Source: an uncultured archaeon (GTDB taxonomy: Archaea; Nanobdellota; Nanobdellia; Pacearchaeales; GW2011-AR1). From it: 64,000 bases of DNA. The position numbers were made by a program, and so were the translations under genes. The DNA lies in NCBI GenBank assembly GCA_902385635.1, contig CABMGN010000008.1:9956-73955 (forward strand). Direction: 5' to 3'. Position 1 is the first letter of the stretch. Each line of letters begins with the position of its first letter. The notes under the pieces are model-generated. The model made no database searches and was not told where the DNA came from. It saw only the letters and a program-made list of their open reading frames with translations. Positions 27,655 through 37,664 of this stretch are shown piece by piece.

Positions 27655-28412
27655 TTGCTATCTCTTTTAACGCCAAATCCCGCCTTAAGACAATCTGCTG
27701 CACTATTTCCTGCAGCAAGACATTCCTCTTGCGAACTGTAAGCGTCTTTTAACTTCTGGATTCCACTTTCCAAAGCAGGGTTCACAGTATTATTCCAAAA
27801 GTTTCTAAGCCCATCATACGCACTTCTCGCAGTTGCTTCTAACTTTTTTTTACTTAGTTCGTATAGAATTTTCTTTCTACAATCTTTTTCCTCGCTTGAA
27901 AAGTAGTTATCAGTAATAGCAGAAGTGACTGCTGCCTCGATTGGGCCCGCATTCATTAAACGAGAATCAACTATCTGTTGTGATTCAGAATCTACATAAA
28001 GGGTTCCAACAAAAGTTCCATTTGGATTAGAAGGGTTTGTTCCCAAAGAATTAACCTTACATTCTATCCTTTTTCCAGAAGGGAGACAACCAACATCAAT
28101 TTCACTTGCTAATTTTGCCAAAGCATCCCTTCTAGCAGATGCTCTTCTTGTTTCTTGAGCATTAGCGGGAATTTCAATTTGACAGTATGAATTAAAATTC
28201 TGAATATCCTCAGGAGAAATAACAATTTCGCTGTCTATTCTAGCCAGAGGCTTTTTACCAAGTCTTTCGACAGCGGTTATTCTTCCTTCAGTAGAATTAT
28301 AATGTTTCTGCGCTTGTTCATAAGGTTTAGCACAGCCAGTAAGCGCCAGAATAGTTAACAAACTTGCAAATAGCAAAGTTCTTCCAGATCCGGTGTATCC
28401 AGGTTTTGTCAT
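27651..28412 (-). CDS. Putative lipoprotein, unknown function
   Basis: Signal peptide ending in lipobox LALTG-C; own TATA promoter. Confidence 0.7.
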   Translation of the reverse strand: MTKPGYTGSGRTLLFASLLTILALTGCAKPYEQAQKHYNSTEGRITAVERLGKKPLARIDSEIVISPEDIQNFNSYCQIEIPANAQETRRASARRDALAKLASEIDVGCLPSGKRIECKVNSLGTNPSNPNGTFVGTLYVDSESQQIVDSRLMNAGPIEAAVTSAITDNYFSSEEKDCRKKILYELSKKKLEATARSAYDGLRNFWNNTVNPALESGIQKLKDAYSSQEECLAAGNSAADCLKAGFGVKRDSN

Positions 28413-28478
28413 ATCTTTTTTAGAATTTTAAACTTTATAAATCTTTCTAATTGTTACCCCTAGCCAGTTTATACAGAA

Positions 28479-29687
28479 TCAAATACCAAATTCGCCCAGC
28501 TTTTTCTGGGTTTTAATCTGACTTAATAATTTACTCTTAGCAAGAATGCCAGAGTTATCATACTTATACTTTATCTTCGATATTTGCTTTGCGCCATCCA
28601 ATAGCTCTTCTCTTGAAGCAAAGGTCATCCTTTTCTGTAAAGCTTTCCTAACAGACTCTCTAACCACCCATACACCTAAAGCAGCCCAATAAGAAGGGGT
28701 TTCAATCCTTATTACAAGAACAGAAGCCTGCCTTTTAATTGAGTCTAGATATTCCAGAATAGGAAGTCTAGAAGCATAATATCCACCCGCACAGTTAAAA
28801 GCATACTCCTTACGCCCGTAAAAATCTTCGTAATCAGTAGAAGCTTTCATTTCGGTACTTGGATTCCAAGAACTTCCCGGAACGTAAAGTTCAAAAAGTT
28901 CATAGGAAAAAACCCCTGGGAAAAGCAAGAGTAAATACTGATTTCCAAGAAACTCCCCATAAAATAGTTCATGATTTTCAATCCACTTATACTGCCGAAC
29001 CCTTTCAAGAATATCCTTTCCAATACTATCATCAGTAGCAGTAATGCTCCACCTAGTAGGAACAAACTTCTTATTTTTTTTCAAACCAAGAACACCAACA
29101 CTCAGAATCTTGCTCAAGGTATATTCATCAAAATTATTCTTGTAAAGGAATTTAATTCCTTCAGAAGCTTTTATCTCGTCATTTATAACCTTATCAACTT
29201 TCTGATTAACTTTAACATTTGAAACAACTTTCGCACTTTTCAAACCCGCGCTAAATCCGTGTTGAGTCAAAACCCGGTCAGGTTTTTTATCAAGATCAAT
29301 TTTATTCTTTAATTCAATTTCCACATCTACGGGTTTAGAAGCAATAGCAATCTCTTGTGCAATTAAAGTAAATCTATCTGTAAGTCTAGGACTCAGAGCA
29401 TGCCCCTTAAACCGAGAGTTAAGTAATCCTCCACGCAGAGCAATAACTTCCTCAATAGCCAAATTGTTCTTAGCCCAAAATTTAGCATCATCATAGATCC
29501 AAGCCTCTTCCTCTCTCTGTAATGGACTTAAAATACCAACATTCATTTCAGGATATTTCAACTTACTCCCAATAAATACACTTGGGGGGGAAACTCCATC
29601 TATTTTACTAACTTTTCCCAACTCATTCAACTTAAAATTCACACTAGAATTTTTTTTCAACACCTCAAATTTTATGTCTGAAGACAT
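28479..29687 (-). CDS. nreA: Nre-family PCNA-interacting DNA repair protein
   Basis: SPPSVFIG, VPTRWSITATD, GGYYASRL, LGVWVVRE, C-terminal PIP QKKLGEF; N-terminal Cys cluster not evident. Confidence 0.9.
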   Translation of the reverse strand: MSSDIKFEVLKKNSSVNFKLNELGKVSKIDGVSPPSVFIGSKLKYPEMNVGILSPLQREEEAWIYDDAKFWAKNNLAIEEVIALRGGLLNSRFKGHALSPRLTDRFTLIAQEIAIASKPVDVEIELKNKIDLDKKPDRVLTQHGFSAGLKSAKVVSNVKVNQKVDKVINDEIKASEGIKFLYKNNFDEYTLSKILSVGVLGLKKNKKFVPTRWSITATDDSIGKDILERVRQYKWIENHELFYGEFLGNQYLLLLFPGVFSYELFELYVPGSSWNPSTEMKASTDYEDFYGRKEYAFNCAGGYYASRLPILEYLDSIKRQASVLVIRIETPSYWAALGVWVVRESVRKALQKRMTFASREELLDGAKQISKIKYKYDNSGILAKSKLLSQIKTQKKLGEFGI

Positions 29688-30427
29688 TATATCCACCTTT
29701 TTCTAAAAATTCCAAGATCTTTAATCTCAAAGGGAAGTTCCTTCTCAGGAAGGCTTCTATGCTTTAATAAAATAGCCTTTCTCTTTCCACGTTCATTCTT
29801 TAATTCAATGATACATTTGCTCCAATACTTAAACAAATCTCCTCCAACAATATTTGTACATCTCTCAACACCATTCTTCAAATCCTCTTCAGAAAGAAAT
29901 TCAGAATAAACCTGATTTGTTATGATCACAGGGATATTTTGTTTCCTAGCAATTTCCGCAAGAATCCTCATTTGCTTAGCAACCTCTCTGTTAATTGCCT
30001 GAATTTTCCCATTGTTATTAGACTTTATAGCATCCCCCAACTCAAGGCGGTAAAGCATAGCCATACCATCGATTATTATTGCTCCTACTGAGCCTTCTTT
30101 AACCCTATCTAGAAGAATTTGAAATGTTTTTTTCTGCTCCTCAAAACTTGTTGGACTCAAAATTAAAATATTCTCAAGGATTTTTTCGCAATTTTCTTTT
30201 CCCACAATCTGCTTTACTCTTTCAACAGAGAATCCTCCTTCAGTATCTAAAAAGATAACCTTATTTCCATGTTTCGCTTGGCTGCAAGCAACAAGCAAAG
30301 AAAAATTTGTCTTACCACTTCCCGGAGAGCCCGCAATCATTGTGATAATATCCTTTTCATACCCCCCGTATAACCAGGTGTTTAAGTCATAACTTCCACT
30401 AGAAACTTTTTCTGTCTTGTTAACCAT
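29687..30427 (-). CDS. radB: DNA repair/recombination protein RadB
   Basis: GSPGSGKT, DTEGGFS, ITNQVY, KHR motif; no RadA N-domain. Confidence 0.92.
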   Translation of the reverse strand: MVNKTEKVSSGSYDLNTWLYGGYEKDIITMIAGSPGSGKTNFSLLVACSQAKHGNKVIFLDTEGGFSVERVKQIVGKENCEKILENILILSPTSFEEQKKTFQILLDRVKEGSVGAIIIDGMAMLYRLELGDAIKSNNNGKIQAINREVAKQMRILAEIARKQNIPVIITNQVYSEFLSEEDLKNGVERCTNIVGGDLFKYWSKCIIELKNERGKRKAILLKHRSLPEKELPFEIKDLGIFRKRWI

Positions 30428-30506
30428 AGAATATTAACCTTTAGAGGATTAATAAAAATTTATATTGTTTGGACATATTTTTAAATAAAGAAATTCTTAA
30501 AAAAGA

Positions 30507-31133
30507 ATGGGATCAAAAATTAAAGATTGGAAAAATGAGTTAAAAAAACATAAGAATCTTATTCTTCTTTCTCTACTCTTTCTAATAATTGCAATAGTGT
30601 TAGATTATCTTTCGGGGATATATGTAGATAAAGTGGGGACTATTGTAGCAACAGACCTCATACTAGACAATATCCCGGTAGTGAACCTTAACTTCATCTT
30701 TGTATATTTATTCGTTTTAGTCATAGCTATCGGAATTCTATACGCTCTTTTTTTCAAGGTTAGAATGTTGCACAAGGTTATCGCACAAGGAAGCTTATTA
30801 GTGGCAATTAGAAGCATTTTCATCTGTTTTACACACTTAAAGACGCCCTCAGACGCACTACTTACTCATTTTCCAGGAATTCTTTCTTCATTAAGTTTCC
30901 ACAATGATCTCTTTTTTTCAGCCCATACGGCAATTCCCTTTCTAGGATTTTTAATATATAAAGATGAAAACAAAAGATTAGCTTATTTCTTCCTAGTCTG
31001 TTCAATAATTCTAGCAATAACTGTGCTACTCATGCACGTACACTATAGCATAGATGTCTTCAGTGCATTTTTCATAACCTACGGTTCTTACAAGATTGGT
31101 GAGTGGTTATTCAGAAAGATTAATCATTATTAA
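30507..31133 (+). CDS. PAP2-superfamily membrane protein of sphingomyelin-synthase-like type
   Basis: DLFFSAHT and HVHYSIDV motifs in about 6 TM. Confidence 0.8.
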   Translation: MGSKIKDWKNELKKHKNLILLSLLFLIIAIVLDYLSGIYVDKVGTIVATDLILDNIPVVNLNFIFVYLFVLVIAIGILYALFFKVRMLHKVIAQGSLLVAIRSIFICFTHLKTPSDALLTHFPGILSSLSFHNDLFFSAHTAIPFLGFLIYKDENKRLAYFFLVCSIILAITVLLMHVHYSIDVFSAFFITYGSYKIGEWLFRKINHY

Positions 31134-31174
31134 GACCAGATAACTTTTTAATTGCTAGAGTATTTTTAGACTCA

Positions 31175-31843
31175 ATGAAAAGAGGAGTATCTTGCATAGT
31201 GCCTGCATATAATGAGGAGGGAAGAATAGGAAATGTTTTGAGAGTTTTAGAAAAACATCCTCTGCTTAAAGAAGTAATTGTAATAAATGATTGTTCTACA
31301 GATAATACTGAAGAAGAAGTTAAAAAGTTCAAAGGAGTAAAATTAATTATAAACCCCGTAAACAAAGGAAAAAGTTTTTCAGTAATGAGGGGTATAAGAA
31401 GTGCAAAGGGGGACTTAGTTATGTTAATCGACGCGGATCTTGTAGGTTTAACAAAAAAGAGCATAACAGATTTAGCAAAACCCCTTATTGACGGAGAAGC
31501 AGATGTTAGCATTAGTCTAAGAAATTTATTTTGGAGTTTTGTAGGAATAGACTTTTTGTCAGGAGAAAGGGTTTTTCATAAGTTTTTTTTTAAAAATTAC
31601 AAAAGCTTTGAGAAACTTCCAGGTTTTGGTTTAGAAGTAGCCATGAATAGAAAAATTATCAGAGAGAAATTAAGAATAAAGATAGTTACCTTAAAGGGGG
31701 TAATCAGTCCGTATAAATCAAAGAAGTTTGGATTTTTTGCCGGAATTAAAGGAGATATTATAATGACTAAACAAATAATTAAAGTCGTTGGATTTTGGGG
31801 AGCAGTAAGCCAAATAGCAAAATTAAGCTCCTTAAAAGTATAA
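31175..31843 (+). CDS. Glycosyltransferase family 2
   Basis: IVPAYNEE, INDCSTD, NKGKS, IDAD. Confidence 0.92.
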   Translation: MKRGVSCIVPAYNEEGRIGNVLRVLEKHPLLKEVIVINDCSTDNTEEEVKKFKGVKLIINPVNKGKSFSVMRGIRSAKGDLVMLIDADLVGLTKKSITDLAKPLIDGEADVSISLRNLFWSFVGIDFLSGERVFHKFFFKNYKSFEKLPGFGLEVAMNRKIIREKLRIKIVTLKGVISPYKSKKFGFFAGIKGDIIMTKQIIKVVGFWGAVSQIAKLSSLKV

Positions 31844-31872
31844 ATAAGGATGAAACTTACTTCTTTAAGAAA

Positions 31873-33063
31873 ATGAAAATAGCAATATTCACAGATTCTT
31901 TTCCACCCTTGCTAGATGGGGTAGTAACTGCAACACTAAACTTGGCCAAAGGCCTTGCGGATAAAGGGCATAAAGTTTATATAATAGCTCCAAAGGTTAA
32001 AGGTCTAAAAAAAGAATTTTCTTACAGAAACATAAAAGTTAAAAGATTAATGTCCATGCCTGCGATGTTTTATGAGGGATATAGAATAACAAGTATACTA
32101 AACCTTTCTTTACTAAAATTTCTAAAATCAGAAAAGATAGAACTAATTCATTTTCAAACACCAATCACTGTTGGAATTCAGGGGATATTGATTTCAAAAA
32201 TACTAAAAGTCCCGCTAGTTGGAACGTTTCATACTTTTTTTACAGACAAGCAGTATTTAAAAAATGCAAGAATGGATTACAAAATAGTAGAGAAAGCAGG
32301 TTGGAGATATGCACGATTACTTTACGATTCTTGTAATTTAATAACAGCCCCCTCAGAATCAACAAAGAGGGAACTTCTACACCATAAATTTACATCTCCA
32401 ATAGAAGTAATCTCAAATGGGATAGATTCTAGAATGTTTAGTAATAAAGAAAAAGAAAAAGTTAGGGAAAAATATCTTGAACAAGATAAAAATCTTTTAC
32501 TTTTCGTGGGGAGGATTGCCCACGGAAAAAACATTCCTTACTTGTTAGATTGTTTCAAACTAATTTTAAAAAAGTCACCAAAAACAAAGCTTCTAATAAT
32601 AGGTAACGGCCCACAGTTTGAAGAGTTAGAGAAAAGAGTAATAAAATTAAAATTAGAAAAGAAGGTTATTCTTGCTGGGAGAATCGAACACGAAAAATTT
32701 GTTAAATCATCTATATTAGGGGCATGTGATTTATTTGTAACCGCTTCAACAACAGAAAATCAACCCATGACAATGCTTGAAGCCCAGATAAATGCCCTCC
32801 CTTGTGTAGGCATCGCAAAAAGGGGGGTTAAAGATTTAATAAAAAATGATTATAATGGATACCTCATCAAGAATAATGATAAAGAAAATTTCGCTAAAAA
32901 AGTTGTATGCCTATTGAAAAATAATTCTCTAAAAGAAAAGTTTAGAGAGAATACTCTTGAAGAAGTCAAAAAACACGAATTGAAAAGTGTAATATCTAGA
33001 TGGGAGAAAGTATATTCAAAATTAATAAAAGAGAAATCAAAGAACTCCTCGTTTTATTCTTAA
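31873..33063 (+). CDS. Glycosyltransferase family 4 (diacylglycerol glucosyltransferase-like)
   Basis: MKIAIFTDSFPP..GV, GTFHT, FVGRI, ASTTENQPMTMLEA. Confidence 0.9.
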   Translation: MKIAIFTDSFPPLLDGVVTATLNLAKGLADKGHKVYIIAPKVKGLKKEFSYRNIKVKRLMSMPAMFYEGYRITSILNLSLLKFLKSEKIELIHFQTPITVGIQGILISKILKVPLVGTFHTFFTDKQYLKNARMDYKIVEKAGWRYARLLYDSCNLITAPSESTKRELLHHKFTSPIEVISNGIDSRMFSNKEKEKVREKYLEQDKNLLLFVGRIAHGKNIPYLLDCFKLILKKSPKTKLLIIGNGPQFEELEKRVIKLKLEKKVILAGRIEHEKFVKSSILGACDLFVTASTTENQPMTMLEAQINALPCVGIAKRGVKDLIKNDYNGYLIKNNDKENFAKKVVCLLKNNSLKEKFRENTLEEVKKHELKSVISRWEKVYSKLIKEKSKNSSFYS

Positions 33064-33633
33064 AGAAAGTTTCTTATATACAAGATAAACCAGAATTGCT
33101 AAGGGAATTAGTAAAAGAATAGCGTACTGCCCAATTTTAAAGTAAGAAAAAATTTGACTTGCTGCAAATCCTAGATAGAAACCCGCTATCACAAAGAATA
33201 CAGAATAGATAACATTTACAATCACATCTATATATAAGAATTTTTTAAAAGGAACCTTTGCAAATCCAGTAAGTATCAAACCCGGAATTGGAAGCGGAGG
33301 GACTAGTTTTACGAAAGTAATGGTTTTACCTGCATGCTCTCTAAGGCCCTTTTCTAGTTCTTTAATCTTCTTTTTACTTAATCCAAATTTCCTAACAAAA
33401 TATTCTATGGGCTTAGTTCTACCAGACCTCCCAAGAAAGAAGAAGAGTGTATCTGGAATTAAATTACCAAAAATAGAGAGTAATAAGATAACCCACACAT
33501 TAAAAAAACCCAAAGAAGCAGCAAAGGCAGCGGCAGCAGTGATTATCGGGCCTTCAATAAGCATTAGTAAGAAAATAAAAAGATAGCCGTGTACCTGCAA
33601 GTTTCCTAACCATGAAAAAAAAGATACTGACAT
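33037..33633 (-). CDS. DedA/VTT-domain membrane protein
   Basis: LIEGP, GNLIPD..FFLGR, re-entrant helix pattern. Confidence 0.85.
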   Translation of the reverse strand: MSVSFFSWLGNLQVHGYLFIFLLMLIEGPIITAAAAFAASLGFFNVWVILLLSIFGNLIPDTLFFFLGRSGRTKPIEYFVRKFGLSKKKIKELEKGLREHAGKTITFVKLVPPLPIPGLILTGFAKVPFKKFLYIDVIVNVIYSVFFVIAGFYLGFAASQIFSYFKIGQYAILLLIPLAILVYLVYKKLSLRIKRGVL

Positions 33634-33680
33634 TTTACTTCAAATTATAAGAAGGTTTTAGGATTTAAAAACCTAAAGAA

Positions 33681-33944
33681 TTACTTCATTTTTTTAAATT
33701 CATCAAGAGTTTTGTCCAGGTCTTTGTTAATATGTGCAATTGCATCATTTACAGCCTTTTTAGCAGTTTTTCCTTTTGTTTTAACAAGCATAATCGGATT
33801 CTTTGTTGGATGTTCTCTCTTCCAAACAGCAAGGCTAACTGCTTCATCCCTATTTAAATAAACCCTAAGAAGCTCAGCAATAGTAAGACTGTCTAATTCA
33901 AACTCAATTTCATCCTTCTCTGACCTTAGAACATTAATCTCCAT
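33681..33944 (-). CDS. rpoL: RNA polymerase subunit Rpo11 (L)
   Basis: Size 87 aa; TIAELLRVYL...EHP motif. Confidence 0.85.
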   Translation of the reverse strand: MEINVLRSEKDEIEFELDSLTIAELLRVYLNRDEAVSLAVWKREHPTKNPIMLVKTKGKTAKKAVNDAIAHINKDLDKTLDEFKKMK

Positions 33945-33984
33945 GTTAAGAAATCTGAAAGATTATTTAAAAACCTTCCGAAAC

Positions 33985-35088
33985 CTACTTTTTACCTTTC
34001 TCTTCCTTTTTTCCGAAAATAAGTTCGTTAATCTCTTTAGAAGATAAATCCCGTTTAGACATCCCAGATGTATGCTGTTGTCTCTCTCTGTAAGATTTTT
34101 TTGTTTCGGGCTTTGGAGGAACAGGAGGCTCTTCAACTACAACTTCTTCTACTACCTCTTCAGGTTCTTCTTTTTTCTTTTTAGAAAATAATTTCTTAAG
34201 GAAAGAGGTTTTTTCTTTCTTTACTTCTGATTCAGACACTTCTTCAGGAGATTCTTCCTTTTCCTCTTCAGGTTCAATCATCTCTTCTAAGTATTCTTCG
34301 GCTTCTTTCTCCTTAGGTTCTTCTTTTTTCTTTGTTTTTTTCTTAAATTTATTCCAATAAGAAACCTTATCCTGACCGGTTTCTATACCTCTTTCAGCAT
34401 CTAGATCCTTAAGGTCTTCTACCTTCATACCACCAAAAACATCAGAATCAAACATAACAGTTTTATCTTTTTTAACCCCTTTAAGATTTAACTCAGATTC
34501 ATCAATCATCGGAGAAAAATAATCGCCTTCTTTCAAAGGTTCAGCAAGAATTCTTATCTTTAGTGCTCCTTCAAGCTTCTTAAAAACATACGGGTTTTCG
34601 GGCATCTGTCCTCTTTCAACTTGAGCAATAACTGCAACAGGCTCATTAATTAATTCCGCAAGTTGTTCCTGACTTATCTTCTTACCTCTTCTAGACCTCA
34701 TAACAATCCAGTGATGATTATTAACTAACTTCGGAGTCTTAACAACCTTCTGAATCAAAACAGGAGAACCCGACTTTTTCAAGTTTTTCTCAACAATATC
34801 CCTTAAAGTGGGCTCTTTTGATCCCGCAGGAATAGCTTCAGAAGGCTTTTTCTTATCAAACTGACTCGGATCTCTTTTAACTCCTGAAATATGAACCATT
34901 CTCTCGTAAACACTCTGCTGCCTCTCTTTAGCAGGTTCCACATAAGAATGAATCTTCTTAACAACAACAAGATCCTCGAAGTCTGCGCACTTCCGACACA
35001 TAGGAACAAGTTTCCCGTCGTAAACCGCAGCGTATAATCCGTCAGGAGTATTTTCTTCAGAAATTCCGCATCTTTCACAATTTACCAT
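33985..35088 (-). CDS. aMBF1-like protein (Zn ribbon + XRE HTH) with long charged C-terminal extension
   Basis: CERC...CRKC; ISQEQLAELINEPVAVIAQVERG...KKLEGALKIRI. Confidence 0.75.
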   Translation of the reverse strand: MVNCERCGISEENTPDGLYAAVYDGKLVPMCRKCADFEDLVVVKKIHSYVEPAKERQQSVYERMVHISGVKRDPSQFDKKKPSEAIPAGSKEPTLRDIVEKNLKKSGSPVLIQKVVKTPKLVNNHHWIVMRSRRGKKISQEQLAELINEPVAVIAQVERGQMPENPYVFKKLEGALKIRILAEPLKEGDYFSPMIDESELNLKGVKKDKTVMFDSDVFGGMKVEDLKDLDAERGIETGQDKVSYWNKFKKKTKKKEEPKEKEAEEYLEEMIEPEEEKEESPEEVSESEVKKEKTSFLKKLFSKKKKEEPEEVVEEVVVEEPPVPPKPETKKSYRERQQHTSGMSKRDLSSKEINELIFGKKEEKGKK

Positions 35089-35152
35089 GCAAAGTATAGT
35101 GGAATCCTCTTTTTTAAGATTTGTGTTTCATAAAAATATACTTCTCTACTCT

Positions 35153-35812
35153 TTAGTCAAGATATTTTTCTAAGTCAGAGGCAGAACTTAAGTCAGTAAT
35201 TACAGTTTTATCGTTGATGACTACCGCGGGATATTTTGAAATATTAAAGTTCCGACTCATATCTTGGATAGATCTAATCTCGGGGTTGTCTACTGCAATA
35301 GAAATCAAGATGATTTTATCTCCTTTTTCCTGTTTTAGATCATATAAAACTTTAGACCAAACATTTTGAGTAGCTCGAATATCCAAATCATTAGTATTAT
35401 ACTCATATAGATAAACAACAGAATCAAAACTTTGTGAACACTTTTCCCGAGTTTTTATAACATCAATCCAGAGTAAAGTTCTCATTAAATCATATTTTTT
35501 ATGGGCAAGTTTTGTCTCATCAGTAATCTTCCCGGACTTTTCATAATTTTCAAGTAAGACCGCTTCATCATAAATTCGGTTTGCAAAATCAATATTATAC
35601 TGAACAAGCTGATTGCATGAAGTATTCTGCACATCAATTAAATTACTGAAAGCAAAAACATCCATTAAAGCTAGTTCAGATTTAACATAATACTGATTCA
35701 TTTCCTGATATCTAGATGTTTCGTAAGCAACACCTAAAAGTAAACCAAGAATAAAAACCACAACTGCAAGTAGGAAAGCTTCCCAGAATGCATTTTTTGG
35801 ATTTCCTAACAT
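35153..35812 (-). CDS. Membrane-anchored hypothetical protein with thioredoxin-like C-terminus
   Basis: N-terminal TM; FNISKYPAVVIND tail; ATG35812 follows upstream stop. Confidence 0.7.
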   Translation of the reverse strand: MLGNPKNAFWEAFLLAVVVFILGLLLGVAYETSRYQEMNQYYVKSELALMDVFAFSNLIDVQNTSCNQLVQYNIDFANRIYDEAVLLENYEKSGKITDETKLAHKKYDLMRTLLWIDVIKTREKCSQSFDSVVYLYEYNTNDLDIRATQNVWSKVLYDLKQEKGDKIILISIAVDNPEIRSIQDMSRNFNISKYPAVVINDKTVITDLSSASDLEKYLD

Positions 35813-35813
35813 T

Positions 35814-37055
35814 TTACCACCGTAGTCCTTTTCCTTTACTTTTTGCATATTTGTAAACAGAGGTCACCAGTATAAATGGATAAGCAAGCAAGTAAACAAA
35901 CATGTATATAATAACACTAAAAATTCCATACTTTTTAAACTCTTTTTCAGGAGAGTAAGCAAGAGCAACAAAAGTAAAAGCTAAGCTTAAGATTAGGAGT
36001 ACAAATCCGAAGAAAATTAAGATGTTGGGGGTTAGAGAAATATCTTTTAAATTTAATATCGCAGTTTGAGCTTGAACAGAATAAGTCGCACTTAAAAACC
36101 TAGAGATAATCCCTGTAAGAAATCTATAAATCAGAATAAACAAACCAGCTATTCCTAAGAACCAGGAGAAGATAAAAAAAGGAAGGATAAAACACCCGAG
36201 CATATTTCTTTTTAAAAAAGTTTTTCTATACTTACTAATTGTCTGTATCCCTCCGTAATTCCATCGAACTCTCTGCCTGAACCAATTTCTAAATTTAGAA
36301 GGTGCAACAGTATAAACTCTTGCAGCAGCACACATCTCCACCTTATACCCTGCATTAACAAAACTCCAAGTTATTTCAATATCTTCAGTCATATTTTTTT
36401 CATCAAAACCCCCAATTTTCTCAAAGGCGCTCCGCCTATAAACTGCAAGAGGGCCGGGAGTCACGTAAATAGCCTCAACAAAGCCAAGAAGTTTTCTCGA
36501 AAAAGCAATAATCTTATACTCTATAGCCTGTAACTTCTCAATAAATTTAGTCCTATGTTTAACTAGAACCATCGAGGTAACCGCCCCAGTTTTTTTATCC
36601 TCAAAAAAACCAATCATTTTCTCAATTGCTCCTTCTTCAGGATAAGAATCAGCATCAGTAAAGCCAATTAACTCAGTCTTAACATATTTTGCACCATAAT
36701 TTTTTGCTCCAGAAGCTTTACCTGTATTTTTAGGTGTTTGCAAAGCGAGAATCTTAGAAGGATATTTCTTTGCATACTCTTTGATTATCCTATAAGAAGC
36801 ATCTGTGCTACAATCGTCAACAACAATTATCCTTTTCAGACCAGGATACTTAATTTTCAAAAGAGCTTCGATTGTTCCAGCAATGTTCTTCTCTTCATTA
36901 TAACACGGAACAACAATACTCAGATCATAAATCCTGCTCGCTTGTGGAGAGTAAAGAATATCTTTTCTTCGGGGAATGAAAATTACAATAAATAAAAATA
37001 AGAAATAAAGTGCTATAAATGTATAAAATAAATAAACAATTGTTAGCCAGTCCAT
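35814..37055 (-). CDS. Processive GT2 (PgaC/cellulose-synthase-like)
   Basis: DDCSTD, DAD, TED, RQRVRW (QxxRW), flanking TMs. Confidence 0.9.
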   Translation of the reverse strand: MDWLTIVYLFYTFIALYFLFLFIVIFIPRRKDILYSPQASRIYDLSIVVPCYNEEKNIAGTIEALLKIKYPGLKRIIVVDDCSTDASYRIIKEYAKKYPSKILALQTPKNTGKASGAKNYGAKYVKTELIGFTDADSYPEEGAIEKMIGFFEDKKTGAVTSMVLVKHRTKFIEKLQAIEYKIIAFSRKLLGFVEAIYVTPGPLAVYRRSAFEKIGGFDEKNMTEDIEITWSFVNAGYKVEMCAAARVYTVAPSKFRNWFRQRVRWNYGGIQTISKYRKTFLKRNMLGCFILPFFIFSWFLGIAGLFILIYRFLTGIISRFLSATYSVQAQTAILNLKDISLTPNILIFFGFVLLILSLAFTFVALAYSPEKEFKKYGIFSVIIYMFVYLLAYPFILVTSVYKYAKSKGKGLRW

Positions 37056-37607
37056 CTAATTCACCTCTCGCAAAAAATCTTTTGGTTCTACCTCTCCCTC
37101 TTTTCCAGAAACATTAAAATAATCATAAAATTCTTCGCTGAGAGTAAGATCATGTGTATGCCCCACCTTCTTTCTCTTAACTAAACCCAGATCTTCAAAT
37201 TTCTTAACATGATCGTATGCTTTATTTCCCCGTATCTTAATTATAACAGACTGTTTTATCGGCTGTTTATAGGCAATAATCGCAAGAGTCTCCTGCTCAG
37301 CTTTACTAAACTCAGATCTTCCAGTTGCAAGTTTGTTAATTATTCCAACATATTCCTGTCGAACATCCATTTTCCACATACCACTCTTTTCAACAATCTC
37401 CATAGCAGAATCTTCTCTAGAGTATTTTTCTTTCAACTTTTCCAAAGTTTCTCTTATAACTAAGGGGTTTAAATCACTTAAAGAGATAAGCTCCTGCATT
37501 GTAAGAAACCTGCCAGAAACAAAGAAAACAGCTTCCAAAAGTCGTAAGTTCTCTTTTTCTTTTGAATGTTCAAGTTCATCCAGGGTTTTGCTTGTAATTT
37601 CAGACAT
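37056..37607 (-). CDS. scpB: SMC-Scp complex subunit ScpB
   Basis: LEAVFFVS, ETLAIIAYKQP, IRG, FYDYF. Confidence 0.92.
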   Translation of the reverse strand: MSEITSKTLDELEHSKEKENLRLLEAVFFVSGRFLTMQELISLSDLNPLVIRETLEKLKEKYSREDSAMEIVEKSGMWKMDVRQEYVGIINKLATGRSEFSKAEQETLAIIAYKQPIKQSVIIKIRGNKAYDHVKKFEDLGLVKRKKVGHTHDLTLSEEFYDYFNVSGKEGEVEPKDFLREVN

Positions 37608-37664
37608 TTTACACCTTTTTGATAGATAAAGTATAAAAGAAGAGGATGTTTAAAAGGATTGTCT

